Positions 1-12,991 are shown, numbered from the stretch's first letter. The stretch is DNA of 28,012 nucleotides from Bugula neritina (GCA_964035545.1 CAXIUT010000296.1:1-28012), one strand, 5' to 3'. A program made the numbers and translations. The notes: generated by a model from the letters alone, not told the origin.

Positions 1-80
1 CCAACCCCAACCCCAACCCCAACCCCAACCCCAACCCCAACCCCAACCCCAACCCCAACCCCAACCCCAACCCCAACCCC
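1..80. repeat. Left telomere (CCCCAA)n
   Basis: Perfect CCCCAA repeats from position 1 to 80; Tetrahymena-type ciliate telomere. Confidence 0.99.
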
Positions 81-84
81 GATA

Positions 85-459
85 TCATTTGATTTACTTT
101 CTAGACAATATTTTCATCAAAAAAGAAGCAGACGCAGAACCAAAAATAGCTCCCACAGGCAAAAGACCAATCAAAATACCATTCATAGTCTTAGATGTTG
201 CCTTTTAGCTATAAACCTAAATAGTAAAAATTTATACTTATCTTGTTACTTAATCACCAAAAGTAGACAAATATGCCAAACAATATCCAAAGTAAAATGG
301 AGATATACAAAGCACCATCACTTTTAGAGTCAGAGAATATGTATTTTTGTAAGTTTTTATTTATGGTGATTGTTCTATCATCAGAGGTTCTATTTTTTAA
401 GAATTGCTGCGATCAGTAATGAGATCATTTTTCATTGAGCTATTTATTTTATAACTCAT
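85..459 (-). pseudogene. 5' part of an MFS sugar-porter-like transporter, cut off by the telomere
   Basis: With TAR=E and a 21-nt intron (217-237) it reads MSYKINSS...ISPFYFGYCLAYLSTF...NGILIGLLPVGAIFGSASASFLMKILSRK, matching TM1-TM2 of sugar porters. It then runs into GTAAATCAAATGATATC (an intron-like start containing an in-frame TGA) and the telomere. Confidence 0.7.
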
Positions 460-542
460 GCTAGATATTAAAATCTAGTTATTAATATTATTTTTGATTT
501 TATGGTTTAATTAAATGAGAATAGATAAATGAAGTTGATATA

Positions 543-1595
543 TCATTTAGTTGAAGGTTCGAAAACCACTTTTTTTCCATTATAAAAAGTTCCATTCAGT
601 TGCTAATACACTTTTCTCTTCATAGTAACTAAAGCATATTCTTCATTATTTGGTATTTTATCTACTTTCTATATATCTTTGCTATGATTAAACTGCTTTT
701 ATTCTACCCATTATTTGAAACTTGATTTCTTGGGAAAAGCGTTCTTGGCAAATTTGTAAGTCACAAATTACTCTCCATTTTACACTTTCTTCTCTTCAAA
801 CTTTTTCTCATTTTACTCAACTTTTGCATATACCTTTGTTTATACCTTTTTCTCTTCTTTCACAGGCTCTCTCTTTTCTTCTTTGAAAGGAGAATTTACT
901 GGTTTCGCTCCTTTAGTTATGTAATTTTTCTTATTAGTTTTCAAGAAGTCAGGATATATTTCTTCTTCACTTACTGGTTCCTGTAATAACTCTTCAACTT
1001 CTTAAAGACTATAAGATACTTCTCTACCTTCATACTTTTATTTCTCTAATTTGATCAATTATTCCCCAGCTCTGATATTTTCAGCAATAAAATAACCATT
1101 TCCATTGAACTGCTTTTTTTAATTTTAGAGAAAGATAACATTCAAAATTCCTGGTATTTTAGCTTTAAACCAATTATAGACTGTTTACCTTTTACACATA
1201 TAGGGAATATTTCTGAAATTGACTCTGAATGGTTTGTTAGATGGATAGTTATTTAACATGTGAAGGTTACTAGCTATTTTTTAAAAACGAGGATCGATCT
1301 ACTCTTATTAATCTTCAAAATTTTTAGGCCCACCAAACTCCCGCTAGAACTCATCTTCCTCTTCTTCTTGAGAACGATCAGAAGGGTAATTATCTTAATA
1401 ATCGTTATTTTAGGAATCAGAAGGAGGGTCTTCAGGTTTTCCATCTGCATTGTAGTAGTTTCCATATTAATCATACCAACCTGAGTAGCGGTCATATTTG
1501 AAGACAAAATCAGTGCCTTTGATGGTGAAACCTGATCTGTCTTTGAGTTCAGTAAAAGTATCAAAACGTTTAGGGTCATGAGGATGACTTGACAT
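543..1595 (-). CDS. Acidic protein with an RRM-like domain (~350 aa)
   Basis: Uninterrupted ORF with TAR=E, ATG 1595 to TGA 543; RNP2/RNP1-like segments VNFRNIPY...FNGNGYF. Confidence 0.7.
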
Positions 1596-1733
1596 ATTGG
1601 TGCTATTAAGAATAAAAGATATTAATAGATTTAAATTAAATTAAATCATAAATAAATAAACAAAACTAAAGAAAATATGTTTTAATCAATTTTCTGACTT
1701 TCTTTTAAAATTATTGGTTATAAAATTATAAAA

Positions 1734-2483
1734 ATGAGTCTATAAAAAATAAAGTACTATAAAAGACGTCTTCCAAGCGATAATTATCAAGATTTAAAAA
1801 GAAACAACACCTAATAATAACACTATCTCGATCAACGAAGACCAACCATACCTAAATTTTAAAGAGCACGTTCATAATAACGAATACCTCGACCTAAACC
1901 TACAAATAAAAGCACTAAAAGTCGTAGTAATATCAAATTGTACAATGATTTAAATCACCAACTAAAATAAATCAAAGAAACGATCAAATAATCTCTAATT
2001 ACCATCAATCAACGCAGAAAACGAAAAGATTCTAAAAAGAAGCAGAAAGTAGTCACATAGGTTAGCTAGCCAGTAGGAAGATATCATTACACTAAAAACT
2101 ATCATAATGTTCTTGGACAAATTTCTGATCTAAAAAATAGAAATAAAATACAAATCAACTCTTAAACACTTACCAAAGATAATTCATACAACTAATAAAA
2201 GACTTTGTTCTATGGAGTGGACTATATTGATACAGTCGAGTTCAAAATCAAACTAAAATTATCTAAAACTCATTACTATCTCTTAGCAAAGAATAGCCAC
2301 ACCAAATTAATGATGTAAATGTCGTATGGAGATTATATGAAACTACATATTGGATAATTAAGAGGAAATCCTTGTAATATTTTTAGATATCTGGTCATTA
2401 AAGGTCAAAAAGTGGACTTGAATTTGAGAAAAGGAGAAGGTAGAGTACCCAGATCAATGAAGAGTTACTTGACCTTTTACTGA
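1734..2483 (+). CDS. Hypothetical basic protein (249 aa)
   Basis: 750-nt ORF, ATG to TGA, open with TAR=E; no recognised domain. Confidence 0.65.
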
Positions 2484-2525
2484 TAATGTTTATCTTAATA
2501 TTGTTAAAGATGATAGTATTTTGAT

Positions 2526-2648
2526 TGATGTCCACCCATGAAACACTCGACTAGCACTCATCTACTAATTGAGCTGACTCAGGGCAGTTAGTGTTATAGC
2601 CTCCTCGTTCTACAAGCAATTCATTACCTGCAGAAAGAAAAGGAAACT
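2526..2648 (-). ncRNA. Probable box H/ACA snoRNA
   Basis: The minus strand folds as hairpin 1 (AGTTTCCTT/GAGGAGGCT; TTCTGCAGGTAA/TTGCTTGTAGAA, with G-U pairs), H box ATAACA, hairpin 2 (CTGCCCTGAG/TTCATGGGTGG; CTCAATTAGTA/TGCTAGTCGAG), then ACA+3 nt. The upper stem of hairpin 2 ends 14 nt before ACA. Confidence 0.8.
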
Positions 2649-2810
2649 ATTAATATCTTGTTGTTGAATTTATTATTATATCAAAACTAATCTTTTTGCC
2701 ATAAATAGTGTTGTAAACTGGATAATTATATGAGGAATTTGTTAGATATTATTTTGCAACTTACAACAGAGATAATTATTAAATAAGATATTTATTAAAG
2801 ATATTTGTGA

Positions 2811-3757
2811 ATGAGACTCGTTACTAGATGTTGTTTTTCCTTCTCTAAAATAGGATTCATTGGTTTAGGAAATATGGGATTTCCAATGGCCATCAACCTT
2901 GCTAATAAAGGTCATTAAGTCTTTGGATACGATATCGATCAGTCAAAAGAAGCTGAAGCAGCTAAACATAAAATAACCTTCAGAAAATAAATTAAACAAG
3001 TAGCTAGAGATGCTAACATCTTCGTGACTATGCTTCCAACTTCAGAACACTCAAAAAAAGTATGCTAATCAGATGGAGGTACTTCTTTTATGAGTCAGGT
3101 TTGTTCAAAAATGCAGATCCTAATTCTACAATTATTGATAGTAGCACAATATCACCAACAGCAGCTATGGCTTTAAGCGAATCTGCTATTAAGCACAAAA
3201 TGACTTATATTGATGCTCCAGTATCTGGTGGAACGACTGGAGCTGCAGCTGGAACTTTAACTTTCATGATAGGAGCATAAACTAAGTAACTTTTCGAGGC
3301 AATTAAACCTTATATTCAATGTATGGGTAAAAATATATTCAACTGTGAAAAGGTAGGAGCTGGACAAATAGCCAAATTATGCAACAACATGTCTCTTGCT
3401 ATCTAAATGATCGGTATTTCTGAATCTCTTGCCTTGGGAAAATCTCTAGGCATGGATGAAAAAATATTAAGTAGCATAATGAACGCTGCTTCAAGCAAAT
3501 GCTGGAGTATTTAAAATTATAATCCTATTCCTGGAGTTCTTAAGAACCTGCCTGCTTCTAATAACTATGAAGGAGGATTTGCTTGCTAACTCATGCTCAA
3601 AGATTTGAGATTAGCAGTTGATGCATCGAAAGAAGCCAAAAGTACAATTAATCTTGGAAATAATGCTAAATAAATATACTAGAAGCTATCTAGCACAGGT
3701 TTTGCTCGCAAAGATTTCAGTGTTATTTATGACTTGCTCCAGAAGAAGGACATTTGA
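2811..3757 (+). CDS. HIBADH: 3-hydroxyisobutyrate dehydrogenase, mitochondrial
   Basis: IGFIGLGNMGFPMA, DAPVSGG..GA.AGTLTFMIG, AKLCNN, CWS..YNPIPG, GGF...LMLKDL; one 20-nt intron at 3079-3098. Confidence 0.95.
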
Positions 3758-3800
3758 TTGTATTTGATCAAATCTTATTAACATGATTGTAATATTATAA

Positions 3801-4244
3801 ATGACAGAGTAAAAGAAATAGTTGACTTCTTATCAGAAATACATGAAAAAACGGCAAGAAGATATTGACAACCCTAAGCCACCAAGTTAGAAATAATATG
3901 TAAGATTAAACTAGAAGGGAAAAACTGAATATATGAAATATATGAGAAAAGCATATGAAATGATGTTTTTCTGGATCGCATTTGGAGGAGCATTGGGATA
4001 TGTTAGCTACAAAATAGCTCCTAAAATAAAATTTCTTAGAAATATGTCTTCATTCAAAACTATCCGCATGATTCTGGTTGTCCTCCCTTTCTCCGTTTTT
4101 ACTTATCATGGGCTTAAATTCATGATAACTTACAAAAAGAAAGGAGCCAAAGATGTCACATCAGATCAGACTAATATCATGACCAACTAGTAGTACTAGA
4201 AGTATGTTGAATCACAATCTGCAGTCAGGAAAGAACTGCTATGA
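3801..4244 (+). CDS. Small two-TM membrane protein (147 aa)
   Basis: ORF open with TAR=E; hydrophobic segments MMFFWIAFGGALGYVSY and MILVVLPFSVFTY. Confidence 0.7.
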
Positions 4245-4331
4245 TGTTATATTAAATCCATATCTTAGTTTTGATGAAGTTTATTGATAAAGATATGTGT
4301 TAATAGTTGTTTACGAGGAGATAATTGAGAC

Positions 4332-4403
4332 GGGCGATTGGTCTAGTGGTATGATTCCTGTTTAGGGTACAGGAGGTCCCGGGTTCAATTCCCGGATCGC
4401 CCC
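4332..4403 (+). tRNA. tRNA-Pro(AGG)
   Basis: Acceptor stem GGGCGAT/ATCGCCC, anticodon arm CCTGT-TTAGGGT-ACAGG, T loop TTCAATT, followed by a T5 Pol III terminator. Confidence 0.97.
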
Positions 4404-4444
4404 TTTTTATAGTTATTTATTACTTAATCATAAATACATTAATA

Positions 4445-5604
4445 TCACTTATACTGACGACTAAAAGAGATTATATCCTTTTCCAGAACTTTAATACTAG
4501 ACAATAGCCTTGCATTCTTTTGATAAAAATGTCTGGAATTATGAATAAACGATTTGAAATCTTTGATAAAATCAAGCTAAGAGAAATATTTATCTTTTTT
4601 GAAGTTATCGATCATAGTTGAGACATCAATTGGAGTAAAATCTAAAAACAAAGGTGAGTGAATTACATTATAGTTGCATTTTTTTAGTTCTGGCTCTGTT
4701 TTTTTGTATACTTTATTTAGAAATGATCCGACTAATTCATATTTTTTCCTCTATTTACTACTACAATACTTCTAATGTGAAGTCCTTCTCCATCCATTTT
4801 CCAGTAACCCGTCTAACCTTTCAGGATTTATCTTTGAATATTCTATTCTACCTGGATAATATCTATTAAATGTTGGTTTTACAGTTTGAGCGTATTTATT
4901 AGGACCTAAAAATTCAGGTTTAATAACATCATGAATAATTTTTGTTTATCCCTTTATTTTATCTTTAGAACAAAAATAATTAATATCTGGACTGATTAAA
5001 CATTGCATTTTGATTAATTATTTGTTCCATTTTTATTTTGGTATCCACTTTTTATTAGAAATATACTCAATTTAACTGAATCCATTTGCTTGATATACAT
5101 TTTTTAGTTACTTATCTACAATGGCAACTAATAATGTTATTTAATGTAATTGCAAATATCCTATATAATATAAAAATTACTTTTAAGCGTACTAACTAAT
5201 AAATTAGATCTAAAACTATCACTATATGACTTCAACATTGATAACCATTTTATCTAACAGTAACAATTAGGTTTTTACTGAAAACATATACCTCCAATAA
5301 GTTTGTTTTTATAAAAATAAAGCAAATTTTTACATTTATTTGAAAAAATGTCCTAACTTACTACTTAAGGTTGTCCATGAGGAATGTTATGCTAAATTAT
5401 ATCCATGAATTTTAGAATATTATGGGTTTATAGATCTCCTCGAATAGCCTCAGTCAAGTAAAAACTATTATTTTTATCAAAGTTAAGAGTTCTTCCTTAG
5501 AATTAAATTCTACTACTTTAGCAATGATAATTATTTTCTTATTTTTCTTAGATTTTAACTTCGCAGTCTTCTTAATCTTTTATTTCTATTATTTCTGGAA
5601 TCAT
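4445..5604 (-). CDS. Divergent GCN5-like protein (HAT domain + bromodomain), 379 aa
   Basis: LIGGICF...CEIKW, ANGFS...W...MQCLISPDINY, INPERLDGLLENGW and PIDVSTM...KYFSELDFIKDF...NSRHFY are colinear with GCN5; 20-nt intron at 5161-5180. Confidence 0.8.
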
Positions 5605-5761
5605 AGTTTATCTACTTTTTATAAGATATTAAACTATTATGATAAATAGCTTTACAAATAAATATAGATATCAACTAAAATAGAATATTATCGAAACGGT
5701 TATTTTTATTTATTTTGTTTTTAGTTGTATAAAGTTTTAAAAATTATTTGATTAGTTAAGA

Positions 5762-7344
5762 ATGTAAGGAAAAACATCAAAACTTAGAGATTTCGATGTT
5801 ATTTGTAAACTCGGATAAGGAGCATTTGGACAGGTCTTCAAAGTCAAAAGAAAAGCAGATGGCAAATAATATGCCTGCAAGAAAGTAATTCTAACATTAC
5901 AAAGGTTAAAATCGGTGCTATGAAATAAAAATAAAGATAAAACGCTCTCAACTAAATTCGTATTCTCGCCTCCTACAATTAATAATACATCATTGGCTAT
6001 AAATAAGCTTTCTACGATGAACCTTCATCAGCACTATGCGTAATCATGGAGTTCGCCTCGGGTGGCGACGTTCTCAAACGCAATCAAACTCATCAAAAAA
6101 ATAGAACTAGATACAAATAATAATAAATTTGGAAAGCTTTAGTTCACATGTGCAAAGGATTAAAATCTTTGCATTAAAGAAAAATTCTTCATAGAGATTT
6201 AAAATGTGCCAATATTTTTATAACTGGAGATAATGTGTACAAACTAGGTGATTTAAACGTCTCAAAAGTGTTGAAAAAAGATATGGCCAACACACAAACT
6301 GGTACACCATACTATGCAAGTCCATAAGTTTGGAAAGATAAACCATATGGTTTGAAAAGTGACATGTGGTCATTGGGTTGTGTCCTCTATTAAATGGCAG
6401 CTTTGAAACCTCCATTTGTAGCTGCTGATCTTCAAAGTTTGTACAGAAAGGTTTGTGCAGGAATCTTTTAAAGAATTCCTGTTATGTACTCCAATGAATT
6501 GGCAAATGTTATCAACTCACTTTTAAAAGTTGATCCCAGCAAAAGACCAGATACTGACTAGCTGTTTGCAAGTGCTACAGTCAAAAAACACTTTAAAGGA
6601 GATTTATAATAAGGTAATTAGGAAGATGATTTTGATGAGTTACTTAAAACAATTAAGTTTAATCCAAAAGATTTAAAAGGACTTAAAAACTTTTTACCTA
6701 AAGCTAATTATGAAGAAGATATAAATTAGAAATAAAAGTTAAAAATAGAAGATATGAAAGGTGGCATTCAAAGCTGCAAAAATGTAAGAAAAGAGCCAAG
6801 TATAAAGTAAGGAATAAAGAACTCATTAGAAGGTAGTTAAAGAAAATTAGCATAGTTTATGTAAAAAAAAAGAATGCTTGAATAAAAGTAAAGACAAAGG
6901 CAACTAAAAATAGTTATGGAACAGAAAGGAGGAGAAATGACAAAAAACAGATAAAGAGTTCTATCAGCTTGTGGTATTCGCCATCCTCAAAATCTATGTA
7001 AATCTGCATTAATTATAGACTAGTCTCCTAATCCTAAAATAGCAATGATAAGTAAAAATTAGACTCCAACAAAACCAGATCCATACAAGAATAGTCAAGC
7101 TAAAAAAGAAGAAAGCAGAGGATCCAATGCTAAACTTCCTCCTCGTCCACAAGGCGGTCAAAGTCTTAACTACAAACTTCCTCCAAAACCATCAATGGGT
7201 CATCATCAATAGTACAATTCGAAACCCGAAGCCAAACAGTAGACGAAACCTCCTAGCCAATCAAGCAAGAACAGGATCTCTTCGGCTCGTTCTAATAGAT
7301 CTAGCAGCATGCAAAGAGTAATATATCCTTCATGGTGGGGGTGA
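5762..7344 (+). CDS. NIMA-related (NEK) Ser/Thr kinase, 520 aa
   Basis: LGEGAFG, ENALNEIRILAS, HRDLK, KLGDLNVSK, TQTGTPYYASPEVW, KSDMWSLGC; C-terminal YPSWWG; 20-nt intron at 5885-5904. Confidence 0.95.
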
Positions 7345-7387
7345 ATGATTTATTCTAATAGATAAGAATGATGACAGGCATTTAAAA

Positions 7388-8420
7388 TCACTTCAAAAGA
7401 AAAGAATTTTTTCTACTTGCTATCCTTCCCAGCCATTCCTATGAAACTATACAAGATCGACGTTCTTCAGTATTTATTGTCATGTCCTAAAGAAAATTTG
7501 TAAGAATTATTTACTGTTAGTCACGGCCATCATTATTTTACACAACTATCTATTCAGATTTTTTATGTTTGCCCTTTTTGTTTTTCTTTCGCTTCTTGGC
7601 TTTCGTCTTCTAACAGTTATTTTTGACATGAAGAATCAGTTCTCCTGGCCTGTTACCACATATCCAATCTTCTTTGTTGATTTTGTTGTTATTGATTACT
7701 GAATGCAGAGTGACTGTTCTAGGACCTGCTTACTCAACTTCCCTGCTGAAAGCCTTTGTTATGAATATCATACTGGGCTGGACCTCACTAAGAAGCCAAA
7801 AATATCAACTACAAATTGCTATAATGACTGTCTTTGTTGACACTGAGCTTGTTGGCAGTTGCATGACCATTATTCTTGTTACTCGATATCTTCGATGAAC
7901 TAATGAACATTCTAAGATGAGTTTTATAAATTTTTGAGACATTATTTGAGGATTTTATCGAGTTTGATACGATTGAGTTATGGAGTTTAGCTCTGTTTGG
8001 TATGATAAGTGACCAGTTCTTCTATCTTTTTTAACTATCTCTGCATTTATAAACGATTACCTTCAAAATTTTTAGAAGTGACTTTTCCAATAGCTAGTAA
8101 AACTCTGTTCTTGTCCAGAAACTTTTATAAATAGTCTACTGAGCATCAATGATAAAAGGCTCTTCCATGAAGTCTTTTTCAAAAAAAGATTGTAACAGTA
8201 TTTCTACAGATGAAGTAAGAGGATGCTGTTCTTGTCCTTTGAGCAAGGAAGATATACGTGGTAAAGAACTAGTTTAGGAACCTGGTACATCTATGAAAAT
8301 TAGCCTTTCATTGAGGGAAACACCTCAAACATTACAATTATTAAAGCTATAATTCTTTTTGCCAAATCATTTTCGGGTAGCCTTTGATTAAAATAGATAA
8401 AGATGGTAAAAGTCTTCATT
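7388..8420 (-). CDS. Hypothetical protein (multi-exon; boundaries approximate)
   Basis: Long minus-strand frames linked by 20-nt GT-AG introns (e.g. GTAATCGTTTATAAATGCAG, GTATGATATTCATAACAAAG); start and stop not resolved. Confidence 0.45.
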
Positions 8421-8534
8421 ATAATCTAATTATATCATCTTATCAAGCTTAGGTATTAAGAATATCGAAAAATAATGCTCTAGAAAGTTGCGATAAACAA
8501 TTAATCATAAATTCTAAATTTTATTTGTTTACAG

Positions 8535-10166
8535 ATGTCAGGCTAAAAAGTAAAGACCTCTTTTATCTAGTAACTTCGAGAAGAATATTATGCACTTAAA
8601 GAAGAACTAACAAAATTAGAATAAAAAAGAGAAAGCCAAGAACATGAGAGCCGAAAGCTTCTACTTTAAGTAAACTGTTTAGTATTCAGGCAAATACTAA
8701 ATTAGACTATCAGACGAGAAAAGCTGAAGAGTATGAATAAAAATACAAAAAAACACTTAAATACAAAAATCAAGAACAATCACTCAAAGAACTTGATAAA
8801 AAATTGCAAGAAAAAGAAAATTCAAGTCTCAAACTTATGAGATTAAATGACGATAAAATAAGTGAAATCAAGAAATTAATGTAGTAGAATTAACGTATAA
8901 AGAAAGAAAAAGATGAGATTCAAAAATAATTAGAAAAATATAAAGAAAATTTCTAAAAGATAATAATTTAAAAATAAGAAACTATTAACTATCTAACTCT
9001 TAAAATAGATGATTAAAATAGTTCAGATAGTGTGAAAACTTCAAAGAATTTTATTAAGGATTTATAAAAGAAAAATAATGATCTTTAATAATAAGTTAAA
9101 AAGATAAAAGAGAAACAAAGTGAGTAAATACAAAAATACTAAAGATAATATAAATAATTAAAAGAAAAAATATCGAATATAAAAGCTAAATAAGAGTAAA
9201 AAGTCTCAATATTACAAAAATAAATAACATAAAATGAAAAATATATTGAATAAATCACATCAAAAAGAAATGATAATCATAAAGATGAGGAAAATTACTA
9301 TTTAAATGAATAAAAATTGAGAAAAAAAGAGAAAAGAGTTACCTAACTTGAATAAAAGATGATAGAATAAAGAAAGGAGTATTTACAAACTATTGAAGAA
9401 TTATAAAAATAGTATTAAGCTTTCAAACAAGAAAGATAAGAATTAAAATAGAGTAAAAATAAATTAAAACATTCGGAAAAATTTATATCCATGATTCAAC
9501 AAGAGCTAGAAGAACAAAAAGTGAAATACTAAAAAATAAATGAAGAAAATAGTCGAAAAATAACAAGATTATAAAATTTGAAAAAGTTTACCAATGATAA
9601 TTTGGTTTTAAAGGTTCAATAAATAGAAAAATTAAAAAGTGAACTAAAATAAAAGACCAAAAGTCTGCAATCTACACCCATCAGGCCAGCTAAATAAGTA
9701 CTAACAGAATCATAGAAAGGATAATTTTAAGGTAAAATAACTACCCTTAAACAATAAATTATTGATCTTAAAGAAGCTGTACAATTCAAAATATTTAGAA
9801 TGAAACTTTAAGAAATAGAGTTGAATAGCAAATTTCATAACTTCAAGAAACAAGATAAAAGCTACTTGAGGCAACAAGTTCAGATAGTCAAGATGAAGTC
9901 AATGATTTACTGATAAAAGTTGAAGAAATGACTTAGTATTTAAAGAAAGTTGAGGTAAATATTTGGTTAGATAGTGTGATATGATGATGAAGAAGATGAC
10001 TCATGCATAAGATTAAAACTTTTGGGCCGTAAAATAAAAGAAGTACAAAGACGAGATAAGATAACTAATAAAATACAAGAAAGATTGTTAAAATTTGATA
10101 GATAAGTTAATGAAAACAGCACCGAAAGATAAAAACTAAAAGAAAAGTTTTTTCAGCTTTAAATGA
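8535..10166 (+). CDS. Long coiled-coil protein
   Basis: E/K/Q-rich heptad sequence with TAR=E; 20-nt introns near 8670, 9779 and 9955 restore the frame; ends KSFFSFK-TGA. Confidence 0.75.
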
Positions 10167-10207
10167 TAAAAATATATTTACTTTATGTTAAAAACTATCA
10201 AACGACT

Positions 10208-11883
10208 TCAAAGATGATTATGATTATGATTATGATGACCGAAATGATTGTTATCTTCATGATGTACAGTCTGTTCAACCTTCGACTAGTTCATCTTTGT
10301 TTTCATCCTCTGTCTCAACCTGAAGTTCTATAGTCTACGAATGCATTTGCATTGTCCATCTTTACCATGACTGTGATTATGATCACGGCTATATATATGT
10401 CGATTAGTTGGTGTGTTTCCATGAGGATTAGCTTGATTGTTACGAGGATGATGAACTGTTATATTATGGTTGTTTTGAGAATTATGAGGAGATTTATTAA
10501 GTTTCTATGGAGTTTGGAAATAAATTTGATCTTTTATTGAACTCTTTTTTTTGTTGCCTTCATCTATCTTTGACAGCTTTTTTCTAGCATGACTTATATT
10601 TTTAGACTATGAAAAAGTTCTAGTTTTGTTGGTTGTTGGTAATTTCGGATTAGAGCCAAAAAGGTCTTGAATACCCATTGAAGAAATTTCCATTTGTTTT
10701 TCGTAAAGAGAAGGAATAATTTGCACTAAAATACTATTTTAAAAGAGTCCACTAATAACTTCTCCACCAGTTAGATAGATTTGTCCCTTTCCATTTTGAG
10801 CACCAGATTTCCAATCACCCTTATAAAAGGAACTATCAGTCCAAAACATCTCACCATAACCTTCTCTTTTATCGTTAACAAAATTTCCTTTATAAAAGTT
10901 ACCACTTGGAAAATACAATTCACCATAACCTTCCTTTAGTCCTTATGAATAACTACCAGAATATTTAGTTTATCCAGAAGACCATTTTCCTTTTCCATGT
11001 CTGAGTCCATTTTTAAAACTACCTTCATAAGTAGCTTATCCTTGTTTCCATGCGTAAGTTCCAAATCCATCAAATCTGTTATTCTGATACTCTCCTTTAA
11101 AAGAATCTCCATTCGAAAAAGATTACTATCCCTGACCATGCTTCAATGAATTTACTAACATCCCTTGATAGGTAGATATATTTGTTTTAAGAGTACCTCT
11201 TCCATGCATGATAGCTAGTTTCCAGTGCCCAAGATAGACTGTTCCATTTTTTTATACATAAAGACCTTTATCATTTCTAAGTCCATTTGAAAAATGTCCC
11301 TTATATCCCCATTTATTATAGACCACTTCCTCTCCTAAATTAGATTTCAAATCATTAACAAAAGATCCCTTATACCATCCAACTCCAGCCTGTAAATAAA
11401 ATCCATTGCCCTCTCTTTTATTCGCCTGCATCATTCCTTCATAAATATTTCCATTTTTGAAGATAACAATCGAACGACCTGTACATTGACTATCAATAAA
11501 TTAGCCAACATATATTTTATGAGAACTAAGTCTAACTATCTTCAACTTATCTTTATTTTCTTGCATTTATCCAACAAACTACTTATTTAATGGACGATAA
11601 CTATCTAGATATATGAGTACATAGCAAAGAAGTTGTCAAGATTTTGAGGACCATTCTACCAACTTTATTGAAATAGCTATGGATATGCTTTATCAAGGTT
11701 GATAGATATTTGTCTTTCTAGCTAATTAATATCTTTATCTGGAAGTTTGAATTGTCCCTTTGTAACTCTAGACTTAATTGTTAGATGAGTTGATTGATTT
11801 TATTCCAGTTCTGGTTTGAAAACAACAGGAAAGGCAGGGAAGTCAGTTTCTTATAGCTCTTAAAAATCATTGCTGGTCTCCAT
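10208..11883 (-). CDS. MORN-repeat protein
   Basis: Many YxGx(W/F)xxxxxxGxG repeats between ~10780 and 11520; His/Asn-rich tail; at least one 20-nt intron near 11600. Confidence 0.85.
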
Positions 11884-11944
11884 AAATATATTTATTAATG
11901 TTTTATTAATCAAGTTGATTATAAAGTAATGAAACTATTATCAA

Positions 11945-12565
11945 TCAATTGCATTCTGTTTTATCTTTCTTCGAATCGAATATCAAATAATCTTTAGTCA
12001 GTTATTCATTGGTTTCAAGTTCAATATCTTTGAAAGCTGAAGTCTGGATCTCCAATTTCGTTGCATAAACCTATTTTATTCTAACTGATTTTTTATACAA
12101 TATATCTCTAATATTGATGACAAGCATATAAATTCCCATGCCTAGAATTAAACCTTAGAAATATAGCAAAAGAAAAGCTATATCTGCTGCTAAAGTAGAA
12201 TTGACAGTATGAAGGATAGCTACAAAGCAAAAGATAATTAATAAGATGGTGAACAATAGTTTTCCACATTTAACTGTTGAATTTAACGGAGAATATGTAT
12301 ATGTAGCTTCCAAGTCGATTCCTATAATTTCATGGCAAGTCTGGCATTTGAACTTAGCATCTTCCTATTTGAGTTGTTGCTCTTGGAACTGACTCATGAA
12401 GCACATTTGATGGCAGAATAAGTAACATTTACACAATGATATACATTTTTCATGGGTAAGGTTTAGATCACAGGTTTCACATTTTTGACCTAAACGCATC
12501 TACCACTTTTCAGGATCGAAAGCTATGGTTGGTCGAGTGCAGGAGAAATCAAGATAAGAACCCAT
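11945..12565 (-). CDS. RING-CH (MARCH-type) membrane E3 ligase-like protein, 206 aa
   Basis: CETC...LCKC...HQMC...CQTC (C4HC3) followed by two hydrophobic helices. Confidence 0.8.
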
Positions 12566-12725
12566 TAGTGTTTTTTGATTTTAAATATTATAGAAATATC
12601 GAATTTAACTATATAAATAAAAAAATAAACAGCTTTTTAAAATCTGAACTATTTTTACTATTAATCAATCTTTAATTAAAAAGCTGTTTCATAAATTAAT
12701 AATATTTATATTGTTGATAATAATA

Positions 12726-12991
12726 ATGCAAAACAAGAAAGGAAAAAATATCAAGAAAAAACAAAAGGTAAAACACAATAACAAACAAAAACAAAATCAA
12801 GGCAAATTCAGTAAAAATGGTAATTTTCTTTTAATATAGAACCAGCAGCAAAAAGGACAGGAGATACATAGCAAAAGAAGAAGATCTATTCAAAACAGGA
12901 TAAGATATCTAAAGCTATAAACAAAAATATCTAGAAAACAATGATGTAAAGAGCAACAACTTCAAAAGAAGTATTCAACTTTCTTAAATGA
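12726..12991 (+). CDS. Small basic protein, UPF0390/C19orf53-like (81 aa)
   Basis: Lys-rich; ISKAINKNIEKTMMERA resembles the family motif; 20-nt intron at 12820-12839. Confidence 0.6.

Noticed and set aside
10213-10237. (GATTAT)n microsatellite
   Set aside because: Most likely the His-Asn coding repeat at the end of the MORN gene.
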